Under the pieces are notes generated by a model that ran no database searches, was not told the DNA's origin, and saw nothing but the letters and a program-made list of their open reading frames with translations. From positions 32,001 through 96,000 of the forward strand of contig CBDATS010000002.1 in assembly GCA_965200245.1 (NCBI GenBank): DNA of 64,000 nt, written 5' to 3'. Both the position numbers and the translations under genes were made by a program. This DNA comes from a bacterium (GTDB lineage Bacteria > UBA8248). This document shows positions 61,671 to 64,000 of this stretch, piece by piece (within the stretch, counting starts at the first letter, position 1; every line of letters begins with the position of its first letter).

Positions 61671-61733
61671 GCAGGGACCACATGCATGCGGCCTTTCCCC
61701 TCCAATAGCGGGTCGCATACAGGCGACCCCTAC
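61671..61733. repeat. GTAG-type REP doublet (REPIN-like)
   Basis: gcagggaccacatgcatgcggcc facing gggtcgc-atacag-gcgaccc-ctac. Confidence 0.6.
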
Positions 61734-61781
61734 GGCTGGTCTTGTACTACAGCGGAATCGCCGGGAATTATGGTCGTATCA

Positions 61782-62681
61782 TTACGCGTTCCGGAGGGCT
61801 TGTTTCACGAGGGGCACGACCTTGGAGAAACTCTCGGCCACGAGGACGCCCGCCTCTTTCAGGAGCCTTTTCTTGCCCGATGGCGCGCCGCGGCCCCGCT
61901 CGATAAGTGCGCCCGTGTGGCTCACGCTCGCCGGCGTGGGCGAGGTTTCCCAGAACTCGCCGGGAATCATGGCCACCACGGGTTTCGTGAATCCGCCGGA
62001 GGCAATGAAGCGCGCAGCCTCTTCTTCTCTGTCCGTTCCGGGTTCCCCGAACATGACGACGACGCGCGTCTCCGGATCCTGCTCGAACAGCGCCAGCATC
62101 TCGACGAAAGCGGAACCGATCAGCAAGTCACCGCCCAGGGCCACGTAGGTGCTCTGGCCGATTCCCGCCCGTGTCAGGAAAAGACATATCTCGGCCCCCA
62201 TGCCCCCGCTTCGGCTCACCACTCCCACGGGTCCGGGGCGAAACATCAGGTCGGGCACCTCGCCCCCCGTACCGCCGAGTTTCGCCTTGCCGGGACTCAC
62301 CATGCCCTGGCTATTGGGGCCGATGACGAAGGTTCCCATCTCCGTTGCGCGTGTCAGGAGTGCACAGGCATCGTGGTGCGGCACGCCTTCTGCGAGAATG
62401 TGCACGGTGGGAACGCCCGCCTCGATGGCCTCGAGAGCCGCCTCGCGCACGAAGCGCGCGGGCACGAATAGTACGGAAAGATCGGCCTCGTGTTCCTTCA
62501 AGGCGTTGGCCACGGTTCCGTAGACGGGTACGTCGCCCACCGACTCCCCTTCCTTGCCGGGAGATACGCCTGCCACCACGCGGGTGCCGTAGTCCGTCAT
62601 GGTGGGCAAAAGGCGCCTCGCCTCGCCTCCCGTGGCCCCCTGTACAAGTACGCGGGTATCCGAGTCCAGAAGTATGCTCAA
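61782..62681 (-). CDS. Succinyl-CoA synthetase alpha-like subunit (ADP-forming CoA ligase)
   Basis: VLVQGATG, VAGVSPGK, IGPNS.G, VSRSGG, GEPG, phospho-His SHTGA. Confidence 0.88.
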   Translation of the reverse strand: MSILLDSDTRVLVQGATGGEARRLLPTMTDYGTRVVAGVSPGKEGESVGDVPVYGTVANALKEHEADLSVLFVPARFVREAALEAIEAGVPTVHILAEGVPHHDACALLTRATEMGTFVIGPNSQGMVSPGKAKLGGTGGEVPDLMFRPGPVGVVSRSGGMGAEICLFLTRAGIGQSTYVALGGDLLIGSAFVEMLALFEQDPETRVVVMFGEPGTDREEEAARFIASGGFTKPVVAMIPGEFWETSPTPASVSHTGALIERGRGAPSGKKRLLKEAGVLVAESFSKVVPLVKQALRNA

Positions 62682-63892
62682 CTTTCATCGCTCCCGTAAG
62701 CACGCGCTACGATCCGTTTGGCAAGGTCTTCAATGGACGCTTCATCCTCGTGCCATTCCACCCCCGGAACCTCGGCGATGAGCCGCCTGGCCTCCTCCAC
62801 CCCGGGGCCTGCGTAGCGGACGATGACGGGGAATTTCTCGAAATCCAGTGCCGCTTCCTTGAGCGCGCGGACCACACCCGCCACCTTGATGTCCACCCGC
62901 GTGAAATTGCTCACGTTTCCCGCCAGGAGCAGCCCCCGGATACCGGGCTTCGAGAGCACCGCCTTCACCGCCTGGCGCATTTTCTCCTCGTAACGTCCGG
63001 GTGTGATGTCGAAAGTGGTGGCGGGTCTTCCGCCTTCGTCCAGCAGCGCTTCCAGGCTCGACAGGCCATACCCCCCGCCCGTGACCATGAAGCCGATGTC
63101 GCCGTCGAGTTCGCTGAAGCGAATCGCGCCCACGTGGGGGTCAATGGCGTCGATTTCGCGCATGCGCATCTCAAGCCCGGTGAAGGGCCGCCAACCGTTT
63201 CCGCCTTCGACGCCCAGCTTGGCTTCAAGTTCGGGGTGACGGAAGAGCGCCTGTGCGTCCAGCTGCACCACGCCCGCCGCCGCCAGAACGCGGCCGTCGG
63301 TAAGTTCCGCCAGGGGGTTCACCTCTATCATCTCGCAGTCATGGGCGCAGAAAACCCCGTACATCGCGCGCACGGCGCGGCAAACCTGCCCTGCGAGGTC
63401 GCCCGAAAGTCCCGCGCGCCTGGTCAACTCCATGGCGTCTTCGGCCTCCAGTCCCTCCAGGATATTTACGGGCCATTCGAGCAGCTTGTCGGGATGGTTC
63501 TCCGCCAGTTCCTCCACGTCCACGCCGCCTTCTGCACTGAAGAGGATGAGTGGGCATTTTCTCGGCGCATCGAAGGAAATCGAGCAGAATATCTCACGCG
63601 CGATGTCGAGCGCTTCCATGACGATGAGTTTCTTGACGGGAAAGCGCCGCACCTCCATGCCGAGAATGGCATCTGCGTGCGCGCGGGCCTCATCCGCGGA
63701 CGCGGCGAATTTGACCGCGCCGGCTTTTCCGCGCTTGCCGACGGGCACGAGCGCCTTGATGACGACGCGTCCCCCCAGACGCTCGAGAGCATGAGCGGTT
63801 TCTTCGGCGTCCGTACAAACCTCGAAGCGTGGAACGGGGAGGCCGCCTTCACCCAGCAGCGTCAACGAGTCGTTTTCCAGAAGGCGAGACAC
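62678..63892 (-). CDS. ATP-grasp CoA-ligase beta-like subunit (SucC/ATP-citrate-lyase-like)
   Basis: LLE, VIKA.V..GKRGKAG.V, EGGVDVEE, EVNPL, DAQALFRH, GGGYG, SNFT. Confidence 0.85.
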   Translation of the reverse strand: MSRLLENDSLTLLGEGGLPVPRFEVCTDAEETAHALERLGGRVVIKALVPVGKRGKAGAVKFAASADEARAHADAILGMEVRRFPVKKLIVMEALDIAREIFCSISFDAPRKCPLILFSAEGGVDVEELAENHPDKLLEWPVNILEGLEAEDAMELTRRAGLSGDLAGQVCRAVRAMYGVFCAHDCEMIEVNPLAELTDGRVLAAAGVVQLDAQALFRHPELEAKLGVEGGNGWRPFTGLEMRMREIDAIDPHVGAIRFSELDGDIGFMVTGGGYGLSSLEALLDEGGRPATTFDITPGRYEEKMRQAVKAVLSKPGIRGLLLAGNVSNFTRVDIKVAGVVRALKEAALDFEKFPVIVRYAGPGVEEARRLIAEVPGVEWHEDEASIEDLAKRIVARAYGSDES

Positions 63893-64000
63893 GACATTCT
63901 CCACACGAAATGCGTTCGGCGCGTTATCGCGAGAAAACCTGCAAGATTTGCACTAGCTAGCACCTGAACTTCCCAGCGTCAAGATTTGCGGAAAAAACGC

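Overview
Bacterial chromosomal window, annotated by eye without database searches. The PxxKW-type protein and IspH-UbiA fusion suggest a Deltaproteobacteria/Nitrospinota-like lineage, and the decay pattern would fit a host-associated lifestyle (both are inference). It has four zones. (1) 1-23.4 kb is core: lutC fragment, glnB-glnD-glnA, IspH-UbiA fusion, trxA, ftsK, a giant AsmA-like protein with four gapless 172-aa repeats, gltX plus tRNA-Gln(CTG), and a peroxiredoxin. (2) 23.5-34.7 kb holds catabolic and transport genes: CMD-SDR-LLM-MFS-SBP, cspA, ThiO-like, FMN oxidase and SsuD-like. (3) ~34.7-54 kb is an eroded defence/accessory island: HipA-like, ParDE, ABC-ATPase+DUF3226, divergent PyrF, DUF5678+aspartyl protease, Y-family polymerase+Zn-ribbon, an hsdM remnant, two MNT-HEPN pairs, GmrSD, and IS1634/IS1595 remnants. 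Toxins there are repeatedly broken while several antitoxins stay intact. The island also carries an intact NHLP-leader RiPP precursor (predicted core YGDGYWGA) followed by the truncated N-terminus of an unknown putative partner or maturase. (4) 54-64 kb holds MFS, ybdK, a TRAP transporter, an SDR and a divergent SucCD/ATP-citrate-lyase-like pair. No CRISPR array, rRNA, integrase or reverse transcriptase was seen.
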